Positions 25,630 to 38,258 are shown, counted from the first letter of the stretch. The stretch is DNA of 64,000 nucleotides from Octopus sinensis (GCF_006345805.1 NC_042999.1:102362001-102426000), one strand, 5' to 3'. Numbers and translations: made by a program. Notes: generated by a model not told the origin, from the sequence alone.

Positions 25630-26160
25630 TGTGGCTATGGCGAAAGAATGTATCTGGTGGACGCGTCTGAAAGGATTAGAGACAAACACTTTCCTCTCTG
25701 GTCAATCTCTCATCAACTTCTTCAAGCATCACTTGAAAAGGAAAGTGAGAGTAGAGAGGCGAGTTTTGCCTAGCGAATGTTTCAAAAAAAGATGGGTGAA
25801 TGTAGCAAGGATGGCACGTATGAATGACGAAGCCACCTTGAGCATAATCCTATGAATCCGTAAAAATTTAAAATAGAGGGTTACTTACTTGCAAATAAAT
25901 GTGTTAACATGTGACATTATTGACCGAGGTTACTGTGGTCTTTTCCGTAGGCTTTTCTTTTCACGGTTAAACCTTATCTGCTTATCCCTTTACACTTTAC
26001 ATCATGACATTTCTGTGACACACGATCCCTATTGATTGTTTTTTTTTACGATCCCCTTTTGATCGAAAACCTATCCCACTTTTTTTTCTCCCCAAAAAGT
26101 AAAGCTCTACTTTGTAATTTGTCCCGTCTGTGTTCAGCCGTGTGGCTTATAAAGAAACAT
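25630..26160 (+). mobile_element. Tx1/L1-like LINE 3' fragment (ORF2 C-terminus plus 3' UTR)
   Basis: AMAKECIWWTRLK...RKVRVER...FKKRW resembles the AKxxIWxxR...FxxRW end of Tx1/L1 ORF2. Pyrimidine-rich UTR. Flanked by (TATC)n and (TGTC)n. Confidence 0.65.
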
Positions 26161-26244
26161 ATCTATCTGTCTGTCTGTCTGTCTGTCTGTTGTCTGTCAG
26201 TCAGTCTGTCTGTCTGTCTGTCTGTCTGTATGTATGTATGTATG

Positions 26245-26275
<31 letters not shown>

Positions 26276-26637
26276 GTATGTAAGGTCACTAACTTGACTA
26301 TTTCTGAGTTATTCAATTTTAGTTATTTATTTTCTAAAATAAGTGTCTGTGTGTGTATGTGCGCGCGCATATGTGTGTATGTGTGTGTGTGTGTGTGTAT
26401 GTGCGCGTGTGTGTCTGTGTGCATGTGTGCGAGTGTGTGTGTTATGCTGTGTAAATTTGTGTTTGTGTGTATGGTTTATCTTTGTTTACGTGCACTATAT
26501 ACTGGTGTTGACAATGAAAAAAACCCCAAAAAACAGAGCATTGTCCTGTTCGACAGGAAACGAGACATAAAAAGGTGGCAAGAAGAACAATAAGCAACAA
26601 ATATCAAATGTCAATATATCACATACACACACACATA

Positions 26638-26668
<31 letters not shown>

Positions 26669-26725
26669 CACACACACACACACACACAATCATGTGTTTA
26701 CGTCAATGCTGAAGTTTAACTGTCA

Positions 26726-27720
26726 TATCAGGTCTTATAAATAATATCCGAAATATCGTATATGTAATTTCTATCAAATTTTACAATATTGCAAGACGTC
26801 AAATGGTATCGATTGATAATCACGTGAATTTGGAAACCTTTAACTATAATATAATTTCTTTTTTTATAGAATAATTTGACTGAATTAATTACTAATATTA
26901 ACCCCCGCAACATGGACGTATCGAAGGAGCATTTAAGGCACATAATGCTTTATGAGTTGAAAAGGGGAAACAGTGCGGCTGAAGCAACCCAAAATATCCA
27001 TTCTGTTTATGGGGAAGAGTGCTTGAACGAAAGAAGATGTAGAAGGTGGTGCAGGAGTGGTTGCTTACCGACCACATGGTTCCGGATTCAGCCCCATTGC
27101 GTGGAACCTTGGGCAAGTGTCTTCTACTATATCCCTAGGGTCGACCAAAGCCTTGTGAGTAGATTTGGTAGACGGAAAACTGAAAGAAGCCCGTCGTATA
27201 TATATATTATATATATATATATATAATATATATATATATATGTTTGTGTGTCAGTGCTTGTCCCCCACCATCGCTTGACAACCGATGTTGGTGTGTTTAC
27301 GTCCCCCGTAACTTAGCGGTTCGGCAAAAGAGATCGATAGACTAAGTACTAGGCTTACAAAGAATAAGTCCTGGGGTCGATTTGCTCGACTAAAGGCGGT
27401 GCTCCAGCATGGCCGCAGTCAAATGATTGAAACAAGTAAAAGAATAAAAGAAAAGATGGTTTGCAAACTTCAAGAAAATGGTGATTCCAACGGAAGGGAG
27501 AGGCTGCGAATAGGACGTCCTGTTGGATTTGATGACGAGCTTCTTTTGTCATAGCTTGAGAAGGCTAATGCTGCCTCAGTTGAAGAATTGGGAAGTAAGC
27601 CCAAGTCAAGCCATTTCAATTGTTAATAGCCATCTTCAATAGCTTGGAAAGGTGCCCAAACACGAAAAATGGGTTCCCCATGATTTGACAGAAGCCAATC
27701 GAAAATCACGAATGGACGTT
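26726..27720 (+). pseudogene. mariner element, 5' TIR plus N-terminal HTH half, interrupted by SINE B
   Basis: MDVSKEHLRHIMLYELKRGNSAAEATQNIHSVYG...CRRW/F...GRPVGFDDE...GKVPKHEKWVPHDL; terminus tatcaggtc. Confidence 0.92.
27051..27452 (+). mobile_element. SINE family B inserted in mariner
   Basis: Full-length; flanked by aag(g/a)tggt duplication. Confidence 0.92.
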
Positions 27721-27782
27721 TAGTCATTTATTCACTAAATGTATGGAAGCAGAAAATTTGAGATACATTCATTTGTGATCGT

Positions 27783-28091
27783 TTACTTGCTACAGTCATT
27801 AGACTGCAGCCATGCTGGGACACTGCCTTGAATAATTTTAGTTAAACGAATCGACCGTAATACTTATCTTTTAATGCTTTGTACTTATTCTATCGGTCTC
27901 TTGCTAAACCGTTATGTTACGGGGGGCGTAAACGCATCAGCACTGGTTGGCGAATGGTAATGGTGGTGGGCAAACACAAACACAAAGGCGCGCGCACACA
28001 CACGCGCACATAGATACTTATATACATGCGTGTACACACACACACACACACACGCACGCGCGCGCGCACATAGATACTTATATACATGCGT

Positions 28092-28124
<33 letters not shown>

Positions 28125-28270
28125 CATCAGGCTTTTTCCAGTTTCTGTCTCACTGGGCTTTGGCCGGCCCGAAGCTATAGTAGAAGACATTTGCCCAAGC
28201 TGCCACGCAGTGGGACTGAAACCGGAAGCATGTGATTGGGAAATAAACTTCTTACCACACAGCCACGCCT
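27783..28270 (-). mobile_element. SINE family B, diverged, with a 60-bp tandem duplication in its microsatellite
   Basis: B tail and head on the minus strand; cgcgcacatagatacttatatacatgcgtgtacaca occurs twice, 60 bp apart. Confidence 0.85.
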
Positions 28271-29090
28271 AGAAAATTTTAAATTAATTTAAAAAGCGAT
28301 CAGTTATATTATATATACCATCAATGATGGCAAATACATACACTCACACACACACATAAGCTCAAGCACATACAACACGTGCGCGCACACAAATTTTTAA
28401 GAAATTGAAATAAATTAAAAATGGTGGGAAACAACTAAACTCAAGAAATGCTTTATATCATATGCCGTTGCTCTGCAATTATTATTGAAGGAAGAATCTA
28501 CTACAGTTCATGAGGAACGAGAGAAAAATGTGTCCAAGTTCGCTGCGTAATTCCATTTAGGAAAATCAATACATATAATCAAAATAAGTAACTTAATTTT
28601 TTTAAGTATATGTATACGGATTTTCTACAGAATTTAAGAACCAGCACTAAAAGTGGCGAGGATTCGTATATGAATATGTCTAAGTAAACAATGCAATCGA
28701 AGATTGAAAAATAAGTGATGGGTGTATATACATGTTTCAGGAGTTATTGCACCTTCTTCAGCACCGCATCCAACCCATTAACTATCCCCGAATACATTAC
28801 TTTAATAGTCACTAAGTTTAGCAGTGTAACACTATTGGATAGACCAATTTTACATATTAAGCACATTCCTGTTAACTGGTACGTACATATTACTTGCCTG
28901 TAGGGAAACCGTATTTCGTTTTGCAACCATGATATACTATCAATTGTAGTAAAGATTTTAAAGTCGATACTGTGTCTCACTGTATATTAGTAATGCATTG
29001 TTTTAATTTTTTAAGTCTATCATTTTTTAAGTGTAAATGGAACGCATGGTAAATTCATTGACACCAAACTCGCGGACCACAAGAGTGATG

Positions 29091-29990
29091 TAATTATGGA
29101 TGTGCATAAGGATAGGATAGTCACGGAAGGAAAGATTTTAGATCATAAATCTACTATATAGGTGCAGGCATTGGTTAGGATCAGATACTTTCGTATTCTT
29201 TTTGTTCACTGTTGGTGGTACGAGTATGCAAATCCATACACAATCTCGCAGTACGGTTGTGTAAATACAAACGATAGTCAATGCATTCTGGGTAGTTAAG
29301 CCTTGTGAGGGATTGCTGGGGCACGCTTTTGCGGTCCATGCAGAATATTGCACTGATCACCAACCAGTGTAACCACAGATTAATCCGTAATAAGCATAGC
29401 ATACTTCACGTGATAAACGATTAATCCGTGATAAGCGTAGCATGGTTCATCAGTGATAAACGAGGCTACATGCACCAGTGATAGTCTCCGTCAGCAATTA
29501 GACAGTCTTAACAGAGATTAAAAGATGGAATAAGTTAGTGTGCTATGAGAAAGAGATAAAAGACTAACATTCTGATCAGGAATCTTCACTGGAGACTGAG
29601 GATTACCGTCAGAAAACATCTCTTTCCGAAACGTTGGTTTTTTTTTTTCGTCTTTCTGACTGCAAAGCAATTTATTCCATTTGTAATTTCGGATGTGTGC
29701 TTAAGAAGTTCACTTCACCACCACGTGGTTCCAGCTTCAGTCCCATTGCGCAGCGTGATATCTTCCGCTCACTTTCAGTCTACCACATTCACTCACAAGG
29801 CATTACTCAGCCCGAGACTATAGTAGAAGACTGTTGTGCAACGTGCTGCGTAGTGAGACTGAACCCGAAACCACATGGTTGAAAAGCGAATTTCTTAACC
29901 ACAGAACCATGCCTGCACCCATATAGAAGATTTATGATCTAAAAATCTTTCCTTCCGTAACTATCCTATCCTTATGCACATCCATAATTA
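29091..29990. repeat. 81/82-bp inverted repeat (29091-29171 and 29909-29990) enclosing two inverted SINE B heads and a ~515-bp insert
   Basis: taattatggatgtgcataaggataggatagt(c/t)acggaaggaaagatttt(t)agatcataaatct.ctatat.ggtgcaggcat on both arms. Confidence 0.9.
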
Positions 29991-30439
29991 TATTAATTTA
30001 TCGTTTTTAACTCCCGGGTCAGTTCTGATTGAGAAAATATTTGATCAAAGATGTTGCTTCCATCATCATCCCATCTTTCTCTCGGACATGATATGTCTAA
30101 AACAACATTATTTTCTATGTAACCTTTTTGTTGTTGCTGTTGCTGTTGCTGTCATTGTCGTTGTTGTTTTTTAGTCTCAGATCAAATTCGATCTAGTAAA
30201 CCTATAATCAAAGATGTTCCATACCCTTCCATCAAAATAACCATTGCCAATATGCCTATGTCAGAAATCAACATATCGTACTAAAAGCATTAGGATGTGT
30301 TCAGTAATGTAATTCTAGATGTATTGTGTCTGAATTTAAGATGGGATGCTATGACTAGAACGCCTTTGTTCGTAAGTTTCTTTGATCTGAGCCGACTTAG
30401 TTCCTTTGTAGGTTCGAGTCTCACGGGCAGCCTTCAACT

Positions 30440-30800
30440 TATTCTATTCTTTTAGTTGTTTCAGTCATTAAACTGCGGCCATGCTGGGGCACCGCATTGA
30501 AGAATTTTTGTCGAATGAATCGACCCTGGTACTTTTTATTTTTTAAGCTTGGTACTTATTCGTTGGCCTTTTTTGCCGAAAGCTATGTTACGGGGACGTA
30601 AACATACCCACACCGGTTGCCAAGCGGTGGCGGAGGACAAAAAATACACACACACGCACGACAGGCTTCTTTCAGTTTCCGTCTACCAAATCCACTCACA
30701 AGGCTATAGTAGAAGACACTCGTCCAAATTGCCCCGCCGTGAGACTGAACCCAGAACCATGTGGCTGGGAAGCAAGTTTCCTACCACATAGCCACAGCCT
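30440..30800 (-). mobile_element. SINE family B, diverged
   Basis: tttcagtcattaaactgcggccatgctggggcaccgc...cttctttcagtttccgtctaccaaatccactcacaagg. Confidence 0.85.
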
Positions 30801-31673
30801 TTTTTTTAAACTTAATATTTATATGCTACTATTTTACAGCTTTAGCTATTTCGAGTTCCACCATTCCGAAAATAAACTTAAAAAATGATACAAACACCAG
30901 CAGGAGCAGCAATATACATATTTAGACAAGCGAAATGGTGTATGTATGTGTGTGGGAGAAAGGCTTTATGAGATTGCTAAATCTGTTAAGAATAGCAGCC
31001 CAGCGTTTGTCAATCCACTTCCTATCGCGCTAAAAACACGGGAAGGATACGCTGAATAATGTAGTTCTTTATAAATCGGTCCTAGAAAAAAGAAGTAATG
31101 GTTTTAACTGGAACGTCGTTCTTTAGGGTTAAGCAGAAATGGCAACAAATTGTCAGTGTTACATTGGAAAATATAACAAAATAAAATGGTTCAGAACTTC
31201 TTTCTCTTTCTCTGTCTTTCTTCTTTTCTTTCCCTATCATTTGTCCTTCGTCCTCTTTCTTCTTCTCCCCCCCCTCTCTCTCTCCTCACTCTATATCACC
31301 TTTTTCATCCCCCTGTCTCCCTCTCTGTCTTTAAGCAACCAGGTGAAGGAGAAGGTTTAATGAAGCGTTTATTGGAAATATCAGGCAAGAAAATGGTTTT
31401 CTCTCAGACCGAAAGATGATGTTGACAAATTAACTGAAAGAAATCAATGAAGCATGAAAGGCCAACATATTAGAATACAAATCTCTCGATCTGGGCAGAA
31501 GTTACAGCCACGTGTGGTGTTGTTGCCGAAGTTGATGTTGATGATGATGCTATTATTGTAACTCTTGTGTTGTTCAGCAATTCTCACTCCCCATAGTGAT
31601 GTAGCTGTGGGCTGTGCTATACCGCACTGTTTTTAAATTGCTGAATACGTATGTTTATACATATATTATGAAG

Positions 31674-31905
31674 AAGGCGGCGAGTTGGCAGAAACGTTAG
31701 CACGCCGGGCGAAATGCGTAGCCGTATTTCGTCTGCCGTTACGTTCTGAGTTCAAATTCAGCCGAGGTCGACTTTGCCTTTCATCCTTTCGGGGTCGATA
31801 AATTAAGTACCAGTTACGCACTGGGGTCGATGTAATCGACTTAATCCGTTTGTCTGTCCTTGTCTGTCCCCTCTGTGTTTAGCCCCTTGTGGGTAGTAAA
31901 CGAAA
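31674..31905 (+). mobile_element. SINE family A, long-tail, young
   Basis: Exact 18-bp TSD tatacatatattatgaag at 31656-31673 and 31906-31923. Confidence 0.95.
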
Positions 31906-31923
31906 TATACATATATTATGAAG

Positions 31924-32163
31924 CTGCGTGGCGTAGTGGTTAGGGTATTGCATTCACGATTGCAAGGTCATGGTTTCGATTCTCGGACCGGGTGGTACGG
32001 TAAAACATTTCATTTCAAGATGTTACAGTCTACTCAGCTGTAAATAAGTAATTCTACGATGGACTGGCATCCCGTTCAGAGGGGAATGTTGCGATCTCGG
32101 TCACTTGCACGCTATGGAAACCGGATGACTGGCATTATGAATCTTGGGACTCAAGACAGTACT
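31924..32163 (+). mobile_element. tRNA-headed SINE (C-like head, different body)
   Basis: A-box tggcgtagtgg; B-box ggtttcgattc; body cgatggactggcatcccgttcag...gctatggaaaccgg. Confidence 0.7.
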
Positions 32164-32301
32164 TGGAACTAAAAACGTCATCACTTACGGGGCGAATATC
32201 ACAAAGCATTTCCCCGATGCTCTCACGATTCTGTCAGTCCATCGCCGACCTTATTCAATCATTCATTAAAAAAATTAATTTAAGATATGGGCGGAAGTTA
32301 G

Positions 32302-32907
32302 GGCGGCGAGCTGGCAGAATCGTTAGCACGCCGGGCGAAATGCTTAGCGGTATTTCGTCTGGCGCAACGTTGTGAGTTCAAATTCCGCCGAGGTCGACTT
32401 TGCCTTTCATCCTTTCGGGGTCGATAAATTAAGTACCAGTTACGCACTGGAGTCGATGTAATCGACTTAATACCTATGTCTGTCCTTCTTTGTCCCCTCT
32501 GTGTTTAGCCCCTTGTGGGTAATAAAGAAATAGGTATTTCGTCTGCCGTTACGTTCTGAGTTCAAATTCCGCCGAGGTCGACTTTGCCTTTCATCCTTTA
32601 GGGGTCGATAAATTAAGTACCAGTTACGCACTGGAGTCGATGTAATCGACTTAATACCTTTGTTTGTCCTTGTTTGTCCCCTCTATGTTTAGCCCCTTGT
32701 GGGCAATAAAGAAATAAGAATCGTTAGGACGCCGGGCAAAAATGCTAAGCTTTCGTCCGTCCTTACGTTCAGAGTTCAAACTTCGCTGGAGTCGACTTTG
32801 TCTTTCATCCTTTCAGGGTCGATAAAATATGAGTTACGCACTAGGGTCGATGTAATCGACTGATCCCCTTTCTCGAAATTGCTGGCGTCGTGCCAAAATT
32901 TGAATTC
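32302..32907 (+). mobile_element. SINE family A triple nest
   Basis: Two long-tail units, then a short-tail unit. Junctions aaagaaata|ggtatttcgtctg and aaagaaataa|gaatcgttag each duplicate head sequence. Confidence 0.92.
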
Positions 32908-32915
32908 AGTATTTA

Positions 32916-33200
32916 GGCGGAGGCGTGGCAGTATGGATGAGAAGAATGCTTCCCAACCACGTGGTCTTGAGTTCAGTCGTGGGCCGACCAGAACCTTGTG
33001 AGTGGATTTCATAGACAGAAACTGAAAGAAACCCGTCGTATATGTGTGTGTGTGTGTGTGTGTGGTGTGTGTGTGCCTTTGTGTTTATCCTTACCACTGT
33101 TTGACATGTTTAGAGGCTCGGTAAAAGAAAACGAGAGAAGTGGCAGATTTAAGGAAATAAGTAGTGGGGTCGATTTTTTAGACTAAAACTCTTCAAAGAC
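32916..33200 (+). mobile_element. SINE family B, diverged and deleted
   Basis: ccttgtgagtggatttcatagacagaaactgaaagaaacccgtcgta. Confidence 0.75.
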
Positions 33201-33499
33201 TGGAACATATAAAATACAAAAGATAAAGCGTACGATCCAGAGTTCCTTTACCGATGTTTTTGCTTTAGTTTGCGAAATGGAAACCAATATTGTGTTTAGA
33301 AAATAAGAGTTGTTTCCCTTGAGAAAGAACTTTTTGTTTTTTATTTTAAACAATTTTAGCGCATAAGAAATGTTAGACGTAAGCATAAGGTCAGGTGTCC
33401 TTTAAGAAAGAGTTGTTCATTGTACACATCTCCTCCTTTAATAGCACTTTATTTCGTCAACCTCAGAATGAGGAAAATACTATAAAGGAAATATCAATT

Positions 33500-33790
33500 T
33501 CAAATTTTGGCACAAGGCCAGCAATTTCTGGGGAGGGGATAAGTCGATGACATTGACCCCAGAGTTCAACTGATACGAAAGAATGAAAGGCAAGGTCGAC
33601 CGCAGCGGATTTTGAACTGAGAACGTAAAGACGTGCAAAATAATGTTTCTTTCAGTTTCTGATTACCATATCCACTTACAAGTCTTTAGTCGGTCCAAGG
33701 CTATAGTATGCCCAGGCTGCAATGTAATGGAACTGAACCTGGAATTATGCGGTTGGAAAGTAAACTTCTTACTACACAACCATGTCTGCT
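33500..33790 (-). mobile_element. Adjacent decayed SINE A (33500-33640) and SINE B head (33645-33790)
   Basis: gaaaggcaaggtcgacc..tttgaact; ttctttcagtttc...gaactgaacc. Confidence 0.7.
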
Positions 33791-33918
33791 CAGTTTAACA
33801 CCATCATCTGGCACCTCATGTACCTCGTGTACCTAAGAATTTGAGTTAGTTCTTCGGTTTAATAACTTCCTCTCTCTTACCACCAAACTAGGAAACCATG
33901 TAAAGGGTTACAGATACC

Positions 33919-34138
33919 TATTTCTTTATTACCCACAAGGGGTTAAACACAGAGGGAACAAACAAGGACAGACATAGGTATTAAGTCGATTACATCGACC
34001 CCAGTTCGTAACTGGTACTTAATTTATCGACCCCGAAAGGATGAAAGGCAAAGTCGACCTCGGCGGAATTTGAACTCAGAACGTAACGCAGACGAAATAC
34101 CGCTAAGCATTTCGCCCGGCGTGCTAACGTTTCTGCCA
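33919..34138 (-). mobile_element. SINE family A, long-tail, young
   Basis: 13-bp TSD ggttacagatacc at 33906-33918 and 34139-34151. Confidence 0.93.
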
Positions 34139-34834
34139 GGTTACAGATACCGTCTTCTCTCTTGCTTCTGACTAAAAGAGGAAGAAAAACCAGCAAAATA
34201 CAAATGTAGCAGAAGGGTGAGATGCATTAAGTAGATGGCATGTACGTGGATGTTTTCTAAAGTAGCTTCTAAATCTTACTCAAATCATACCTTAACGTCT
34301 TTGAGAAAAAGAAGACATTAAATAAAGTCGTCTCGGAAGCACAGAAGCTGAAAAAAACCCAAAAAAAAAAAAAAAACCAAACAAAAACCATGCTCACGAC
34401 CTGAACTTCTCTGATCATGGGTCAACTCAATGAACGTTGATTTTAGGTTAGGTAATCAGAGAAAAAGAGAGAAAGAAACACATTTCAAAATGATTTCGGA
34501 TCATGATTGATCTGTTGCTAAATGTCACGATTTCAATATTTCAGTTATACAGTGAATGAGAACGCGTCAAGTAAGGTTTATTTTCAGCATCATTTAGTTT
34601 TATCTACTTAACTGAACAATTGAAGTGACACGAAGAGAAAGGTCAAGAGATCACACCAACAAAGTCCGAGAGATAGTGCAGAATTAAAGATTCTACATCG
34701 CATATTTAATATTATTATATTAATTTTTTGGTTTTCAATTCTGCGTATTCTCTTTACTTCATATTGTTTACACGCACATGTTCACATCTATCTATCAGCT
34801 AGGAAGCTAACTATGAATCTCGTCATCAACACAT

Positions 34835-35015
34835 CATCATCACCACTTTTTCCCATGTTTTCTTTAGTCTTCTTATGAAAGTTCCTTTTCTTTGTATCGC
34901 TTATGACTTCCTTTACTGATCTGTCATCCTCCATACGCATCATATGTTTGTACCAAAGTAAGTCTACTCTCTTGCACACGGCATCTGATTCTTATATTTA
35001 ACTTGTCTCCCAGAT
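34835..35015 (-). mobile_element. RTE-clade C-terminal remnant
   Basis: LLWYKHMMRMEDDRSVK resembles the RTE motif RLRWYGHVMRM. Confidence 0.6.
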
Positions 35016-35308
35016 TATTTGTCTCATGTCTTTCATTTACGTAAGACAAAGCATTCTTGCCTCATTTATTTACATCTCATCCACATCCTCAGCATTTAAT
35101 GCCCGTGTTTCATTCATCTCAAAATGCCCTCCAGCAGAATTGGCGAAGGCTCTTCTAGCTTCTTGGCTATCATCAGCACCGTGTGCTGCATGGTGCTAAT
35201 TTATTGTGAGGAAACGAATATATCCAGAGTTATTTCGGGATTGTTTTTTCTTGCTGTACACTGTTCTGATGATAACCAAGACGCTAGAAATGCATTTACT
35301 GCTTTGCC

Positions 35309-35311
35309 GAG

Positions 35312-35409
<98 letters not shown>

Positions 35410-35422
35410 GAGATAGATAGAT

Positions 35423-35492
<70 letters not shown>
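35309..35492. repeat. (GATA)n(GA)n microsatellite
   Basis: Direct reading. Confidence 0.95.
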
Positions 35493-35497
<5 letters not shown>

Positions 35498-35738
35498 GTG
35501 CCTTGAAATGACTGTTGGTGTTTTTCAATAACTATTGCTTAAAACAAGGAATATTCTCAATGGCAAATAGCAGTGAATGCGGCTTTTCGACAGCACAAAA
35601 ATGTCTCAAACATGTTTAAACTGATCTAAACGTTGTTTACTTGCAATATTGCTTTCGCGCACTAGATGGTCATTGTGACTCAAGAAAATATAAACCCACC
35701 ACACAATTAATCATAATGAAAACCACTTGCACGCACGC

Positions 35739-35785
<47 letters not shown>

Positions 35786-35791
35786 GCCTGC

Positions 35792-35826
<35 letters not shown>

Positions 35827-36057
35827 ACACACACACACACATAGTATATATGTATGGTGATTATAGTTTTCCTATTGTTTTGCAACACCGAGAAACAATG
35901 TTTTAGTTAAGAAGTAAGTGTAGTTTTTAAATTGTTAAGATGCATCCGTTTCTGTAAGGGCTAAATTACAGATTGTATCCTGAAATTACTGATGACACTT
36001 AACAATTTCCGTAAGCGCGAAATCCCACGAGGTAATCGTAACATGAGAGATGCTGTT

Positions 36058-36397
36058 GAGACCCCCTTTGGTCATGACTGACCATGAGATTGCACCTAGA
36101 AAGTTAGCCACAAGGTTAGGCACAAGGTCCGGGCAAGGTTGTTTATGGAAGACCAGCAGTCACGCATGCATACCAGCCTCCCCTCTCCACTCCACCGATG
36201 TTATCCAAGGGAAAGGCAAGGGCCGATACAGCTTGGCACCTGTGACGTCGCAACTCATTTCTACAGCTGAGTGAACTGGAGCAACGTGAAATAAAGTGTC
36301 TTGCCCAAGAACACAACACGCAGCCGGTCCGGGATTCGAACTCACAACTTCACGATCGTAAGCTCGACGCTCTAACCACTGAGCCATGCGCCTTCAC
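36058..36397 (-). mobile_element. SINE family C (tRNA-derived)
   Basis: A-box tggctcagtgg; B-box gttcgaatcc; cttgggcaag. Approximate 14-bp TSD acatg(a/g)gagat(g/a)ct at 36041 and 36398. Confidence 0.9.
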
Positions 36398-36654
36398 ACA
36401 TGGGAGATACTTAGGTATTAGGGTAAAACTTTCGTATTCTGGGAATGTCATTGTACAACAGTACCCTCCAAATGTAGATGGAGGAGTCCGTGTCCCAACA
36501 GGCGGTGAAGCAGCTCTGTAGGAGTTACATTCCACTCTACCATGATCTAAGAGCTGCCCGGGGGTCACTCACCGATGTAAGTGACGAAACTTCCACACAG
36601 CAGCATGCGCTTTGTTGAATCAGATGTTGCGACTCTGGTCAGGTGTTTCTACCA

Positions 36655-37298
36655 TCTTCAGTGCTCGCTCTTGGTCCACCACTCATTCTCTCCCTTAAAC
36701 CACATGCAATAACTTGCCTTCTTAGTGGCTTCCGACAATTTTCTAACATCTTTTATCTCCTTCACAACTAGTCCAAGATTCCAGAGCGTAGAATGAACAC
36801 TGATTCCAAAAAATCCCCTAACATCTGTCTCTACACGAACGCATATTGCCTTCCAGTCATTGTTTTCACAACAGACTTCAACTAACTCACTTTTATTTTC
36901 CGTTTTGTTTTTAAGAAAACGTCTTCGATGTTCGTTCCCCAGGGAACCGTCAGCTCTGACGTCTTTACCACCTTACTTACATTCCACCGCAAGACAAGAT
37001 CGGGTATTTTGGTAGGTAAGAAGTAGGAAGGGATATTTACTATCAACGTCAACAGAGATCTCCCAAGTCCCTTCTCTTCTTCCTTACAGTAGTTGGCTTG
37101 CAGCAGTCATCTTGCCTGTAAGACTTTATCTTCCCATGCTCCACTATTTGTGGTCTTTCGCTGTTGTTAATTTGCTTTACCCTCTCTATCAATGCATTAA
37201 CACATATTTTAAGTACTTTCTTATTCCACAACGTGTATTTGTGTTTCAGACCCGGTGAGCAATTACAGAATGTGAGCTTCATCTATTCAGCTTTCCAC
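36655..37298 (-). mobile_element. Hero-like non-LTR retrotransposon, decayed REL endonuclease region
   Basis: PDLVL...ELTVPWG.NIED...WKAICVRVE..VRGFFG...KASYCMW matches the Hero-type RPD..ELTVPWE..VEVGCRGF..ASxWIW pattern. Confidence 0.75.
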
Positions 37299-37303
37299 AT
37301 TTG

Positions 37304-37390
<87 letters not shown>

Positions 37391-37576
37391 TCTCTCTCTC
37401 TCTCTCTCCCCCACACAGGCGTGTATATACATATACATATATATATATATATACATATGTGTGTGTGTGTATATATATATATGCATATATACACACATAT
37501 ATGTACATACATACATATATATACATGTGTGTATATATATATATTATATATATATATATATATTATATATATATAT

Positions 37577-38030
37577 GCATATTTGGGTACATGACGTCAC
37601 AAAACGTAAACAACATGAAATACGAAGACAAACTTGGGTATGCGAACAACGAGAGAAACAAATGGCAAACAAGACAAGTAAGATATAGAACGACCCTTCA
37701 TAAGTTGTTGGCTGTCCATCTACTCCTCATTTCGAGCATTTAACGATAATATGAGGCTTTGAAAGGCAATTGCTCCGGCGAACCAAAATAAAATTTGGGA
37801 TGTTCGGATGGTCGAAGTTGGTAACAAAAACAGGACAGTGGAGACATACAACAAACAAAATGAAAACAAACATGGAATGCCGTTAGGCCAGTCTAGGTAA
37901 GATAGCGAACGCTGGAGGAATATTGACTTTGACAAGAGAAAAGATAGAAGATGAGACAGATAAGAATGCGTCTGGTCTGTACGACAGACTGAAAGAAAAG
38001 AAAGATTGACAATGGTCACGCGTGAGCAAC
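37577..38030. repeat. Microsatellite-embedded mini-element (fuller copy of 7817-8095)
   Basis: Lies between (TA)n and (GA)n. The minus strand has a cctcat/atgagg stem with cGAAA, then CTTATGA. Confidence 0.7.
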
Positions 38031-38123
38031 GAGAGAGAGAGAGAGAGAGAGAGTAAAGGAGAAAGAGGGAGAGAGGGATACATGTATATGTATGTTTTTA
38101 AATATATGTATATATGCATATGC

Positions 38124-38161
<38 letters not shown>

Positions 38162-38202
38162 TTATATTATTATATGATTGAACGCCACGCATCCATTTCC
38201 AA

Positions 38203-38258
<56 letters not shown>

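Noticed and set aside
36320-36397. Functional tRNA genes at SINE heads (also 31924 and 46799)
   Set aside because: A and B boxes are present, but there is no acceptor stem or terminator, and they continue into SINE bodies with TSDs.
36625-36668. Hammerhead-like CTGAAGA-tggta-GAAAC..GTC on the minus strand at the Hero 3' end
   Set aside because: Neither stem I nor stem II can be formed.
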